Positions 49,521 to 63,290 of a stretch of 64,000 bases of DNA are shown in pieces (the first letter of the stretch is position 1; every line of letters begins with the position of its first letter). Origin of the DNA: Lytechinus pictus (Eukaryota); assembly GCF_037042905.1 (NCBI RefSeq), contig NC_087251.1, positions 29,080,001 through 29,144,000 of the forward strand. Direction: 5' to 3'. Both the position numbers and the translations under genes were made by a program. Under the pieces are notes generated by a model. The model saw nothing but the letters and a program-made list of their open reading frames with translations. It did not search any database and was not told the DNA's origin.

Positions 49521-52500
49521 TAAACACCCCCAAACCAGCCGTCTTCGCTCCGAGGGGTCTTCTGGCATCCGAATGGGTCAATATACAAAGAATAAAGAAG
49601 ATCGATTTCGAAAAGATTTTCGGGTCTCTCGCCCCACCCGCGACCTGGCCAAATTGTCAAAAATTGAGCAAAATAATTTTTTTTCCAAAAAAGCCCCCCT
49701 AAACCCCCCAAAACCAGCCGTCTTCGCTCCGAGGGGTCTTCTGGCATCCGAATGGGTCAATATACAAAGAATAAAGAAGATCGATTTCGAAAAGATTTTC
49801 GGGTCTCTCGCCCCATGCGCGACCTGGCCAAATTGTCAGAAATTGAGCAAAATAATTTTTTTTCCAAAAAAGCCCCCCTAAACACCCCCAAACCAGCCGT
49901 CTTCGCTCCGAGGGGTCTTCTGGCATCCGAATGGGTCAATATACAAAGAATAAAGAAGATCGATTTCGAAAAGATTTTCGGGTCTCTCGCCCCACCCACG
50001 ACCTGGCCAAATTGTCAGAAATTGAGCAAAATAATTTTTTTCCAAAAAAGCCCCCCTTAACCCCCCCAAACCAGCCGTCTTCGCTCCGAGGGGTCTTCTG
50101 GCATCCGAATGGGTCAATATACAAAGAATAAAGAAGATCGATTTCGAAAAGATTTTCGGGTCTCTCGCCCCATCCGCGACCTGGCCAAATTGTCAGAAAT
50201 TGAGCAAAATAATTTTTTTTCCAAAAAAGCCCCCCTAAACACCCCCAAACCAGCCGTCTTCGCTCCGAGGGGTCTTCTGGCATCCGAATGGGTCAATATA
50301 CAAAGAATAAAGAAGATCGATTTCGAAAAGATTTTCGGGTCTCTCGCCCCACCCGCGACCTGGCCAAATTGTCAGAAATTGAGCAAAATAATTTTTTTCC
50401 AAAAAAGCCCCCCTAAACCCCCCCAAACCAGCCGTCTTGCTCCGAGGGGTCTTCTGGCATCCGAATGGGTCAATATACAAAGAATAAAGAAGATCGATTT
50501 CAAAAAGATTTTCGGGTCTCTCGCCCCACCCGCGACCTGGCCAAATTGTCAGAAATTCGGCAAAATAATTTTTTTCCAAAAAAGCCCCCCTAAACCCCCC
50601 CAAACCAGCCGTCTTCGCTCCGAGGGGTCTTCTGGCATCCGAATTGGTCAATATACAAAGAATAAAGAAGATCGATTTCAAAAAGATTTCCGGGTCTCTC
50701 GCCCCATCCGCGACCTGGCCAAATTGTCAGAAATTGAGCAAAATAATTTTTTTTCCAAAAAAGCCCCCCTAAACACCCCCAAACCAGCCGTCTTCGCTCC
50801 GAGGGGTCTTCTGGCATCCGAATGGGTCAATATACAAAGAATAAAGAAGAGCGATTTCGAAAAGATTTTCGGGTCTCTCGCCCCACCCGCGACCTGGCCA
50901 AATTGTCAGAAATTGAGCAAAATAATTTTTTTCCAAAAAAGCCCCCCTAAACCCCCCCAAACCAGCCGTCTTCGCTCCGAGGGGTCTTCTGGCATCCGAA
51001 TGGGTCAATATACAAAGAATAAAGAAGATCGATTTCGAAAAGATTTTCGGGTCTCTCGCCCCATCCGCGACCTGGCCAAATTGTCAGAAATTGAGCAAAA
51101 TAATTTTTTTTCCAAAAAAGCCCCCCTAAACACCCCCAAACCAGCCGTCTTCGCTCCGAGGGGTCTTCTGGCATCCGAATGGGTCAATATACAAAGAATA
51201 AAGAAGATCGATTTCGAAAAGATTTTCGGGTCTCTCGCCCCACCCGCGACCTGGCCAAATTGTCAGAAATTGAGCAAAATAATTTTTTTCCAAAAAAGCC
51301 CCCCTAAACCCCCCCAAACCAGCCGTCTTGCTCCGAGGGGTCTTCTGGCATCCGAATGGGTCAATATACAAAGAATAAAGAAGATCGATTTCGAAAAGAT
51401 ATTCGGGTCTCTCGCCTCATCCGCGACCTGGCCAAATTGTCAGAAATTGAGCAAAATAATTTTTTTTCCAAAAAAGCCCCCCTAAACACCCCCAAACCAT
51501 CCGTCTTCGCTCCGAGGGGTCTTCTGGCATCCGAATGGGTCAATATACAAAGAATAAAGAAGATCGATTTCGATAAGATTTTCGGGTCTCTCGCCCCACC
51601 CGCGACCTGGCCAAATTGTCAGAAATTGGGCAAAATAATTTTTTTCCAAAAAAGCCCCCCTAAACCCCCCAAACCAGCCGTCTTCGCTCCGAGGGGTCTT
51701 CTGGCATCCGAATGGGTCAATATACAAAGAATAAAGAAGATCGATTTCGAAAAGATTTTCGGGTCTCTCGCCCCACCCGCGACCTGGCCAAATTGTCAGA
51801 AATTGAGCAAAATAATTTTTTTCCAAAAAAGCCCCCCTAAACCCCCCCAAACCAGCCGTCTTCGCTCCGAGGGGTCTTCTGGCATCCGAATGGGTCAATA
51901 TACAAAGAATAAAGAAGATCGATTTCGAAAAGATTTTCGGGTCTCTCGCCCCATCCGCGACCTGGCCAAATTGTCAGAAATTGAGCAAAATAATTTTTTT
52001 TCCAAAAAAGCCCCCCTAAACACCCCCAAACCAGCCGTCTTCGCTCCGAGGGGTCTTCTGGCACCTGAATGGGTCAATATACAAAGAATAAAGAAGATCG
52101 ATTTCGAAAAGATTTTCGGGTCTCTCGCCCCACCCGCGACCTGGCCAAATTGTCAGAAATTGGGCAAAATAATTTTTTTCCAAAAAACCCCCCTAAACCC
52201 CCCAAACCAGCCGTCTTCGCTCCGAGGGGTCTTCTGGCATCCGAATGGGTCAATATACAAAGAATAAAGAAGATCGATTTCGAAAAGATTTTCGGGTCTC
52301 TCGCCCCACCCGCGACCTGGCCAAATTGTCAGAAATTGAGCAAAATAATTTTTTTCCAAAAAAGCCCCCCTTAACCCCCCCAAACCAGCCGTCTTCGCTC
52401 CGAGGGGTCTTCTGGCATCCGAATGGGTCAATATACAAAGAATAAAGAAGATCGATTTCGAAAAGATTTTCGGGTCTCTCGCCCCATCCGCGACCTGGCC

Positions 52501-55500
52501 AAATTGTCAGAAATTGAGCAAAATAATTTTTTTTCCAAAAAAGCCCCCCTAAACACCCCCAAACCAGCCGTCTTCGCTCCGAGGGGTCTTCTGGCATCCG
52601 AATGGGTCAATATACAAAGAATAAAGAAGATCGATTTCGAAAAGATTTTCGGGTCTCTCGCCCCACCCGCGACCTGGCCAAATTGTCAGAAATTGAGCAA
52701 AATAATTTTTTTCCAAAAAAGCCCCCCTAAACCCCCCCAAACCAGCCGTCTTGCTCCGAGGGGTCTTCTGGCATCCGAATGGGTCAATATACAAAGAATA
52801 AAGAAGATCGATTTCGAAAAGATTTTCGGGTCTCTCGCCCCATCCGCGACCTGGCCAAATTGTCAGAAATTGAGCAAAATAATTTTTTTTCCAAAAAAGC
52901 CCCCCTAAACACCCCCAAACCAGCCGTCTTCGCTCCGAGGGGTCTTCTGGCACCTGAATGGGTCAATATACAAAGAATAAAGAAGATCGATTTCGAAAAG
53001 ATTTTCGGGTCTCTCGCCCCACCCGCGACCTGGCCAAATTGTCAGAAATTGGGCAAAATAATTTTTTTCCAAAAAACCCCCCTAAACCCCCCAAACCAGC
53101 CGTCTTCGCTCCGAGGGGTCTTCTGGCATCCGAATGGGTCAATATACAAAGAATAAAGAAGATCGATTTCGAAAAGATTTTCGGGTCTCTCGCCCCACCC
53201 GCGACCTGGCCAAATTGTCAGAAATTGAGCAAAATAATTTTTTTCCAAAAAAGCCCCCCTTAACCCCCCCAAACCAGCCGTCTTCGCTCCGAGGGGTCTT
53301 CTGGCATCCGAATGGGTCAATATACAAAGAATAAAGAAGATCGATTTCGAAAAGATTTTCGGGTCTCTCGCCCCATCCGCGACCTGGCCAAATTGTCAGA
53401 AATTGAGCAAAATAATTTTTTTTCCAAAAAAGCCCCCCTAAACACCCCCAAACCAGCCGTCTTCGCTCCGAGGGGTCTTCTGGCATCCGAATGGGTCAAT
53501 ATACAAAGAATAAAGAAGATCGATTTCGAAAAGATTTTCGGGTCTCTCGCCCCACCCGCGACCTGGCCAAATTGTCAGAAATTGAGCAAAATAATTTTTT
53601 TCCAAAAAAGCCCCCCTAAACCCCCCCAAACCAGCCGTCTTGCTCCGAGGGGTCTTCTGGCATCCGAATGGGTCAATATACAAAGAATAAAGAAGATCGA
53701 TTTCAAAAAGATTTTCGGGTCTCTCGCCCCACCCGCGACCTGGCCAAATTGTCAGAAATTGGGCAAAATAATTTTTTTCCAAAAAAGCCCCCCTAAACCC
53801 CCCCAAACCAGCCGTCTTCGCTCCGAGGGGTCTTCTGGCATCCGAATTGGTCAATATACAAAGAATAAAGAAGATCGATTTCAAAAAGATTTCCGGGTCT
53901 CTCGCCCCTCCCGCGACCTGGCCAAATTGTCAGAAATTGAGCAAAATAATTTTTTTCCAAAAAAGCCCCCCTAAACCCCCCCCAAACCAGCCGTCTTCGC
54001 TCCGAGGGGTCTTCTGGCATCCGAATGGGTCAATATACAAAGAATAAAGAAGATCGATTTCGAAAAGATTTTCGGGTCTCTCGCACTTCCCGCGACCTGG
54101 TCAAATTGTCAGAAATTGAGCAAAATAATTTTTTTCCAAAAAGGCCCCCCTAAACCCCCCCAAACCAGCCGTCTTCGCTCCGAGGGGTCTTCTGGCATCC
54201 GAATAGGTCAATATACAAAGAATAAAGAAGATCGATTTCGAAAAGATTTTCGGGTCTCTCGCCCCACCCGCGACCTGGCCAAATTGTCAGAAATTGAGCA
54301 AAATAATTTTTTTTTAAAAAAGCCCCCCTAAACACCCCCAAACCAGCCGTCTTCGCTCCGAGGGGTCTTCTGGCATCCGAATGGGTCAATATACAAAGAA
54401 TAAAGAAGATCGATTTCGAAAAGATTTTCGGGTCTCTCGCCCCACCCGCGACCTGGCCAAATTGTCAGAAATTGAGCAAAATAATTTTTTTCCAAAAAAG
54501 CCCCCCTAAACCCCCCCAAACCAGCCGTCTTCGCTCCGAGGGGTCTTCTGGCATCCGAATGGGTCAATATACAAAGAATAAAGAAGATCGATTTCGAAAA
54601 GATTTTCGGGTCTCTCGCCCCATCCGCGACCTGGCCAAATTGTCAGAAATTGAGCAAAATAATTTTTTTTCCAAAAAAGCACCCCTAAACACCCCAAACC
54701 AGCCGTCTTCGCTCCGAGGGGTCTTCTGGCATCCGAATGGGTCAATATACAAAGAATAAAGAAGATCGATTTCGAAAAGATTTTCGGGTCTCTCGCACTT
54801 CCCGCGACCTGGTCAAATTGTCAGAAATTGAGCAAAATAATTTTTTTCCAAAAAGGCCCCCCTAAACCCCCCCAAACCAGCCGTCTTCGCTCCGAGGGGT
54901 CTTCTGGCATCCGAATGGGTCAATATACAAAGAATAAAGAAGATCGATTTCGAAAAGATTTTCGGGTCTCTCGCCCCACCCGCGACCTGGCCAAATTGTC
55001 AAAAATTGAGCAAAATAATTTTTTTCCAAAAAAGCCCCCCTAAACACCCCCAAACCAGCCGTCTTCGCTCCGAGGGGTCTTCTGGCATCCGAATGGGTCA
55101 ATATACAAAGAATAAAGAAGATCGATTTCGAAAAGATTTTCGGGTCTCTCGCCCCACCCGCGACCTGGCCAAATTGTCAAAAATTGAGCAAAATAATTTT
55201 TTTTCCAAAAAAGCCCCCCTAAACCCCCCAAAACCAGCCGTCTTCGCTCCGAGGGGTCTTCTGGCATCCGAATGGGTCAATATACAAAGAATAAAGAAGA
55301 TCGATTTCGAAAAGATTTTCGGGTCTCTCGCCCCATGCGCGACCTGGCCAAATTGTCAGAAATTGAGCAAAATAATTTTTTTTCCAAAAAAGCCCCCCTA
55401 AACACCCCCAAACCAGCCGTCTTCGCTCCGAGGGGTCTTCTGGCATCCGAATGGGTCAATATACAAAGAATAAAGAAGATCGATTTCGAAAAGATTTTCG

Positions 55501-56900
55501 GGTCTCTCGCCCCACCCACGACCTGGCCAAATTGTCAGAAATTGAGCAAAATAATTTTTTTCCAAAAAAGCCCCCCTTAACCCCCCCAAACCAGCCGTCT
55601 TCGCTCCGAGGGGTCTTCTGGCATCCGAATGGGTCAATATACAAAGAATAAAGAAGATCGATTTCGAAAAGATTTTCGGGTCTCTCGCCCCATCCGCGAC
55701 CTGGCCAAATTGTCAGAAATTGAGCAAAATAATTTTTTTTCCAAAAAAGCCCCCCTAAACACCCCCAAACCAGCCGTCTTCGCTCCGAGGGGTCTTCTGG
55801 CATCCGAATGGGTCAATATACAAAGAATAAAGAAGATCGATTTCGAAAAGATTTTCGGGTCTCTCGCCCCACCCGCGACCTGGCCAAATTGTCAGAAATT
55901 GAGCAAAATAATTTTTTTCCAAAAAAGCCCCCCTAAACCCCCCCAAACCAGCCGTCTTGCTCCGAGGGGTCTTCTGGCATCCGAATGGGTCAATATACAA
56001 AGAATAAAGAAGATCGATTTCAAAAAGATTTTCGGGTCTCTCGCCCCACCCGCGACCTGGCCAAATTGTCAGAAATTGGGCAAAATAATTTTTTTCCAAA
56101 AAAGCCCCCCTAAACCCCCCCAAACCAGCCGTCTTCGCTCCGAGGGGTCTTCTGGCATCCGAATTGGTCAATATACAAAGAATAAAGAAGATCGATTTCA
56201 AAAAGATTTCCGGGTCTCTCGCCCCATCCGCGACCTGGCCAAATTGTCAGAAATTGAGCAAAATAATTTTTTTTCCAAAAAAGCCCCCCTAAACACCCCC
56301 AAACCAGCCGTCTTCGCTCCGAGGGGTCTTCTGGCATCCGAATGGGTCAATATACAAAGAATAAAGAAGATCGATTTCGAAAAGATTTTCGGGTCTCTCG
56401 CCCCACCCGCGACCTGGCCAAATTGTCAGAAATTGAGCAAAATAATTTTTTTCCAAAAAAGCCCCCCTAAACCCCCCCAAACCAGCCGTCTTCGCTCCGA
56501 GGGGTCTTCTGGCATCCGAATGGGTCAATATACAAAGAATAAAGAAGATCGATTTCGAAAAGATTTTCGGGTCTCTCGCCCCATCCGCGACCTGGCCAAA
56601 TTGTCAGAAATTGAGCAAAATAATTTTTTTTCCAAAAAAGCCCCCCTAAACACCCCCAAACCAGCCGTCTTCGCTCCGAGGGGTCTTCTGGCATCCGAAT
56701 GGGTCAATATACAAAGAATAAAGAAGATCGATTTCGAAAAGATTTTCGGGTCTCTCGCCCCACCCGCGACCTGGCCAAATTGTCAGAAATTGAGCAAAAT
56801 AATTTTTTTCCAAAAAAGCCCCCCTAAACCCCCCCAAACCAGCCGTCTTGCTCCGAGGGGTCTTCTGGCATCCGAATGGGTCAATATACAAAGAATAAAG
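45850..56900. repeat. 31-monomer (5520-5521 bp) tandem duplication
   Basis: CGCCTCATC at 45896/51417, CCATGCGC at 49817/55337 and CACCCACG at 49998/55518. ORFs 46548/52069, 47791/53312 and 50109/55629. Confidence 0.92.
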
Positions 56901-59900
56901 AAGATCGATTTCAAAAAGATTTTCGGGTCTCTCGCCCCACCCGCGACCTGGCCAAATTGTCAGAAATTGGGCAAAATAATTTTTTTCCAAAAAAGCCCCC
57001 CTAAACCCCCCCAAACCAGCCGTCTTCGCTCCGAGGGGTCTTCTGGCATCCGAATTGGTCAATATACAAAGAATAAAGAAGATCGATTTCAAAAAGATTT
57101 CCGGGTCTCTCGCCCCTCCCGCGACCTGGCCAAATTGTCAGAAATTGAGCAAAATAATTTTTTTCCAAAAAAGCCCCCCTAAACCCCCCCCAAACTAGCC
57201 GTCTTCGCTCCGAGGGGTCTTCTGGCATCCGAATGGGTCAATATACAAAGAATAAAGAAGATCGATTTCGAAAAGATTTTCGGGTCTCTCGCCCCACCCG
57301 CGACCTGGCCAAATTGTCAGAAATTGAGCAAAATAATTTTTTTCCAAAAAAGACCCCCTAAACCCCCCCAAACCAGCCGTCTTCGCTCCGAGGGGTCTTC
57401 TGGCATCCGAATGGGTCAATATACAAAGAATAAAGAAGATCGATTTCGAAAAGATTTTCGGGTCTCTCGCCCCATCCGCGACCTGGCCAAATTGTCAGAA
57501 ATTGAGCAAAATAATTTTTTTCCAAAAAAGCCCCCCTAAACCCCCCCAAACCAGCCGTCTTCGCTCCGAGGGGTCTTCTGGCATCCGAATGGGTCAATAT
57601 ACAAAGAATAAAGAAGATCGATTTCAAAAAGATTTTCGGGTCTCTCGCCCCATCCACGACCTGGCCAAATTGTCAAAAATTGAGCAAAATAATTTTTTTT
57701 CCAAAAAAGCCCCCCTAAACACCCCCAAACCAGCCGTCTTCGCTCCGAGGGGTCTTCTGGCATCCGAATGGGTCAATATACAAAGAATAAAGAAGATCGG
57801 TTTCAAAAAGATTTTCGGGTCTCTCGCCCCACCCGCGACCTGGCCAAATTGTCAGAAATTGGGCAAAATAATTTTTTTCCAAAAAAGCCCCCCTAAACCC
57901 CCCCAAACCAGCCGTCTTCGCTCCGAGGGGTCTTCTGGCATCCGAATGGGTCAATATACAAAGAATAAAGAAGATCGATTTCAAAAAGATTTTCGGGTCT
58001 CTCGCCCCTCCCGCGACCTGGCCAAATTGTCAGAAATTGAGCAAAATAATTTTTTTCCAAAAAAGCCCCCCTAAACCCCCCCCAAACCAGCCGTCTTCGC
58101 TCCGAGGGGTCTTCTGGCATCCGAATGGGTCAATATACAAAGAATAAAAAAGATCGATTTCGAAAAGATTTTCGGGTCTCTCGCACTTCCCGCGACCTGG
58201 TCAAATTGTCAGAAATTGAGCAAAATAATTTTTTTCCAAAAAAGCCCCCCTAAACCCCCCCAAACCAGCCGTCTTCGCTCCGAGGGGTCTTCTGGCATCC
58301 GAATGGGTCAATATACAAAGAATAAAGAAGATCGATTTCGAAAAGATTTTCGGGTCTCTCGCCCCATCCGCGACCTGGCCAAATTGTCAAAAATTGAGCA
58401 AAATAATTTTTTTTCCAAAAAAGCCCCCCTAAACACCCCCAAACCAGCAGTCTTCGCTCCGAGGGGTCTTCTGGCATCCGAATGGGTCAATATACAAAGA
58501 ATAAAGAAGATCGATTTCAAAAAGATTTTCGGGTCTCTCGCCCCACCCGCGACCTGGCCAAATTGTCAGAAATTGGGCAAAATAATTTTTTTCCAAAAAA
58601 GCCCCCCTAAACCCCCCCAAACCAGCCGTCTTCGCTCCGAGGGGTCTTCTGGCATCCGAATGGGTCAATATACAAAGAATAAAGAAGATCGATTTCAAAA
58701 AGATTTTCGGGTCTCTCGCCCCTCCCGCGACCTGGCCAAATTGTCAGAAATTGAGCAAAATAATTTTTTTCCAAAAAAGCCCCCCTAAACCCCCCCAAAA
58801 CCAGCCGTCTTCGCTCCGAGGGGTCTTCTGGCATCCGAATGGGTCAATATACAAAGAATAAAGAAGATCGATTTCGAAAAGATTTTCGGGTCTCTCGCAC
58901 TTCCCGCGACCTGGTCAAATTGTCAGAAATTGAGCAAAATAATTTTTTTCCAAAAAAGCCCCCCTAAACCCCCCCAAACCAGCCGTCTTCGCTCCGAGGG
59001 GTCTTCTGGCATCCGAATGGGTCAATATACAAAGAATAAAGAAGATCGTTTTCGAAAAGATTTTCGGGTCTCTCGCCCCATCCGCGACCTGGCCAAATTG
59101 TCAAAAATTGAGCAAAATAATTTTTTTTCCAAAAAAGCCCCCCTAAACACCCCCAAACCAGCCGTCTTCGCTCCGAGGGGTCTTCTGGCATCCGAATGGG
59201 TCAATATACAAAGAATAAAGAAGATCGATTTCAAAAAGATTTTCGGGTCTCTCGCCCCACCCGCGACCTGGCCAAATTGTCAGAAATTGGGCAAAATAAT
59301 TTTTTTCCAAAAAAGCCCCCCTAAACCCCCCCAAACCAGCCGTCTTCGCTCCGAGGGGTCTTCTGGCATCCGAATGGGTCAATATACAAAGAATAAAGAA
59401 GATCGATTTCAAAAAGATTTTCGGGTCTCTCGCCCCTCCCGCGACCTGGCCAAATTGTCAGAAATTGAGCAAAATAATTTTTTTCCAAAAAAGCCCCCCT
59501 AAACCCCCCCCAAACCAGCCGTCTTCGCTCCGAGGGGTCTTCTGGCATCCGAATGGGTCAATATACAAAGAATAAAGAAGATCGATTTCGAAAAGATTTT
59601 CGGGTCTCTCGCACTTCCCGCGACCTGGTCAAATTGTCAGAAATTGAGCAAAATAATTTTTTTCCAAAAAGGCCCCCCTAAACCCCCCCAAACCAGCCGT
59701 CTTCGCTCCGAGGGGTCTTCTGGCATCCGAATGGGTCAATATACAAAGAATAAAGAAGATCGATTTCGAAAAGATTTTCGGGTCTCTCGCCCCACCCGCG
59801 ACCTGGCCAAATTGTCAGAAATTGAGCAAAATAATTTTTTTTCCAAAAAAGCCCCCCTAAACACCCCCAAACCAGCCGTCTTTGCTCCGAGGGGTCTTCT

Positions 59901-61800
59901 GGCATCCGAATGGGTCAATATACAAAGAATAAAGAAGATCGATTTCGAAAAGATATTCGGGTCTCTCGCCCCATCCGCGACCTGGCCAAATTGTCAGAAA
60001 TTGAGCAAAATAATTTTTTTTCCAAAAAAGCCCCCCTAAACACCCCCAAACCATCCGTCTTCGCTCCGAGGGGTCTTCTGGCATCCGAATGGGTCAATAT
60101 ACAAAGAATAAAGAAGATCGATTTCGATAAGATTTTCGGGTCTCTCGCCCCACCCGCGACCTGGCCAAATTGTCAGAAATTGGGCAAAATAATTTTTTTC
60201 CAAAAAAGCCCCCCTAAACCCCCCAAACCAGCCGTCTTCGCTCCGAGGGGTCTTCTGGCATCCGAATGGGTCAATATACAAAGAATAAAGAAGATCGATT
60301 TCGAAAAGATTTTCGGGTCTCTCGCCCCACCCGCGACCTGGCCAAATTGTCAGAAATTGAGCAAAATAATTTTTTTCCAAAAAAGCCCCCCTAAACCCCC
60401 CCAAACCAGCCGTCTTCGCTCCGAGGGGTCTTCTGGCATCCGAATGGGTCAATATACAAAGAATAAAGAAGATCGATTTCGAAAAGATTTTCGGGTCTCT
60501 CGCCCCATCCGCGACCTGGCCAAATTGTCAGAAATTGAGCAAAATAATTTTTTTTCCAAAAAAGCCCCCCTAAACACCCCCAAACCAGCCGTCTTCGCTC
60601 CGAGGGGTCTTCTGGCACCCGAATGGGTCAATATACAAAGAATAAAGAAGATCGATTTCGAAAAGATTTTCGGGTCTCTCGCCCCACCCGCGACCTGGCC
60701 AAATTGTCAGAAATTGGGCAAAATAATTTTTTTCCAAAAAACCCCCCTAAACCCCCCAAACCAGCCGTCTTCGCTCCGAGGGGTCTTCTGGCATCCGAAT
60801 GGGTCAATATACAAAGAATAAAGAAGATCGATTTCGAAAAGATTTTCGGGTCTCTCGCCCCACCCGCGACCTGGCCAAATTGTCAGAAATTGAGCAAAAT
60901 AATTTTTTTCCAAAAAAGCCCCCCTTAACCCCCCCAAACCAGCCATCTTCGCTCCGAGGGGTCTTCTGGCATCCGAATGGGTCAATATACAAAGAATAAA
61001 GAAGATCGATTTCGAAAAGATTTTCGGGTCTCTCGCCCCATCCGCGACCTGGCCAAATTGTCAGAAATTGAGCAAAATAATTTTTTTTCCAAAAAAGCCC
61101 CCCTAAACACCCCCAAACCAGCCGTCTTCGCTCCGAGGGGTCTTCTGGCATCCGAATGGGTCAATATACAAAGAATAAAGAAGATCGATTTCGAAAATAT
61201 TTTCGGGTCTCTCGCCCCACCCGCGACCTGGCCAAATTGTCAGAAATTGAGCAAAATAATTTTTTTCCAAAAAAGCCCCCCTAAACCTCCCCAAACCAGC
61301 CGTCTTGCTCCGAGGGGTCTTCTGGCATCCGAATGGGTCAATATACAAAGAATAAAGAAGATCGATTTCAAAAAGATTTTCGGGTCTCTCGCCCCACCCG
61401 CGACCTGGCCAAATTGTCAGAAATTGGACAAAATAATTTTTTTCCAAAAAAGCCCCCCTAAACCCCCCCAAACCAGCCGTCTTCGCTCCGAGGGGTCTTC
61501 TGGCATCCGAATTGGTCAATATACAAAGAATAAAGAAGATCGATTTCAAAAAGATTTCCGGGTCTCTCGCCCCTCCCGCGACCTGGCCAAATTGTCAGAA
61601 ATTGAGCAAAATAATTTTTTTCCAAAAAAGCCCCCCTAAACCCCCCCCAAACCAGCCGTCTTCGCTCCGAGGGGTCTTCTGGCATCCGAATGGGTCAATA
61701 TACAAAGAATAAAGAAGATCGATTTCGAAAAGATTTTCGGGTCTCTCGCACTTCCCGCGACCTGGTCAAATTGTCAGAAATTGAGCAAAATAATTTTTTT
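56700..61800. repeat. Long-range copy of ~33900-38300 at offset 22801 bp, shifting to 23515 bp after an extra 714-bp 4-mer
   Basis: ATCCACGAC at 34855/57656, GATCGGTTTC at ~34998/57799 and GAATAAAAAA at ~35348/58149. ORFs 34701/57502 and 35415/58216 (22801), then 36129/59644 and 37462/60977 (23515). Confidence 0.88.
57700..59650. repeat. 714-bp 4-monomer unit in tandem (about three copies)
   Basis: CACTT marker at 58184, 58898 and 59612, exactly 714 apart. The same spacing is seen at 35383/36097. Confidence 0.88.
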
Positions 61801-63270
61801 CCAAAAAGGCCCCCCTAAACCCCCCCAAACCAGCCGTCTTCGCTCCGAGGGGTCTTCTGGCATCCGAATGGGTCAATATACAAAGAATAAAGAAGATCGA
61901 TTTCGAAAAGATTTTCGGGTCTCTCGCCCCACCCGCGACCTGGCCAAATTGTCAGAAATTGAGCAAAATAATTTTTTTTCCAAAAAAGCCCCCCTAAACA
62001 CCCCCAAACCAGCCGTCTTCGCTCCGAGGGGTCTTCTGGCATCCGAATGGGTCAATATACAAAGAATAAAGAAGATCGATTTCGAAAAGATTTTCGGGTC
62101 TCTCGCCCCACCCGCGACCTGGCCAAATTGTCAGAAATTGAGCAAAATAATTTTTTTCCAAAAAAGCCCCCCTAAACCCCCCCAAACCAGCCGTCTTCGC
62201 TCCGAGGGGTCTTCTGGCATCCGAATGGGTCAATATACAAAGAATAAAGAAGATCGATTTCAAAAAGATTTTCGGGTCTCTCGCCCCATCCGCGACCTGG
62301 CCAAATTGTCAGAAATTGAGCAAAATAATTTTTTTTCCAAAAAAGCCCCCCTAAACACCCCCAAACCAGCCGTCTTCGCTCCGAGGGGTCTTCTGGCATC
62401 CGAATGGGTCAATATACAAAGAATAAAGAAGATCGATTTCGAAAAGATTTTCGGGTCTCTCGCACTTCCCGCGACCTGGTCAAATTGTCAGAAATTGAGC
62501 AAAATAATTTTTTTCCAAAAAGGCCCCCCTAAACCCCCCCAAACCAGCCGTCTTCGCTCCGAGGGGTCTTCTGGCATCCGAATGGGTCAATATACAAAGA
62601 ATAAAGAAGATCGATTTCGAAAAGATTTTCGGGTCTCTCGCCCCACCCGCGACCTGGCCAAATTGTCAAAAATTGAGCAAAATAATTTTTTTTCCAAAAA
62701 AGCCCCCCTAAACACCCCCAAACCAGCCGTCTTCGCTCCGAGGGGTCTTCTGGCATCCGAATGGGTCAATATACAAAGAATAAAGAAGATCGATTTCGAA
62801 AAGATTTTCGGGTCTCTCGCCCCACCCGCGACCTGGCCAAATTGTCAAAAATTGAGCAAAATAATTTTTTTTCCAAAAAAGCCCCCCTAAACCCCCCAAA
62901 ACCAGCCGTCTTCGCTCCGAGGGGTCTTCTGGCATCCGAATGGGTCAATATACAAAGAATAAAGAAGATCGATTTCGAAAAGATTTTCGGGTCTCTCGCC
63001 CCATGCGCGACCTGGCCAAATTGTCAGAAATTGAGCAAAATAATTTTTTTTCCAAAAAAGCCCCCCTAAACACCCCCAAACCAGCCGTCTTCGCTCCGAG
63101 GGGTCTTCTGGCATCCGAATGGGTCAATATACAAAGAATAAAGAAGATCGATTTCGAAAAGATTTTCGGGTCTCTCGCCCCACCCACGACCTGGCCAAAT
63201 TGTCAGAAATTGAGCAAAATAATTTTTTTCCAAAAAAGCCCCCCTAAACCCCCCCAAACCAGCCGTCTTC

Positions 63271-63290
63271 GCTCCGAGGGCATCCGAATG
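63271..63290. other. Short monomer with a 9-bp deletion in GAGGGGTCTTCTGGC
   Basis: Reads GCTCCGAGGGCATCCG instead of GCTCCGAGGGGTCTTCTGGCATCCG. Confidence 0.93.
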
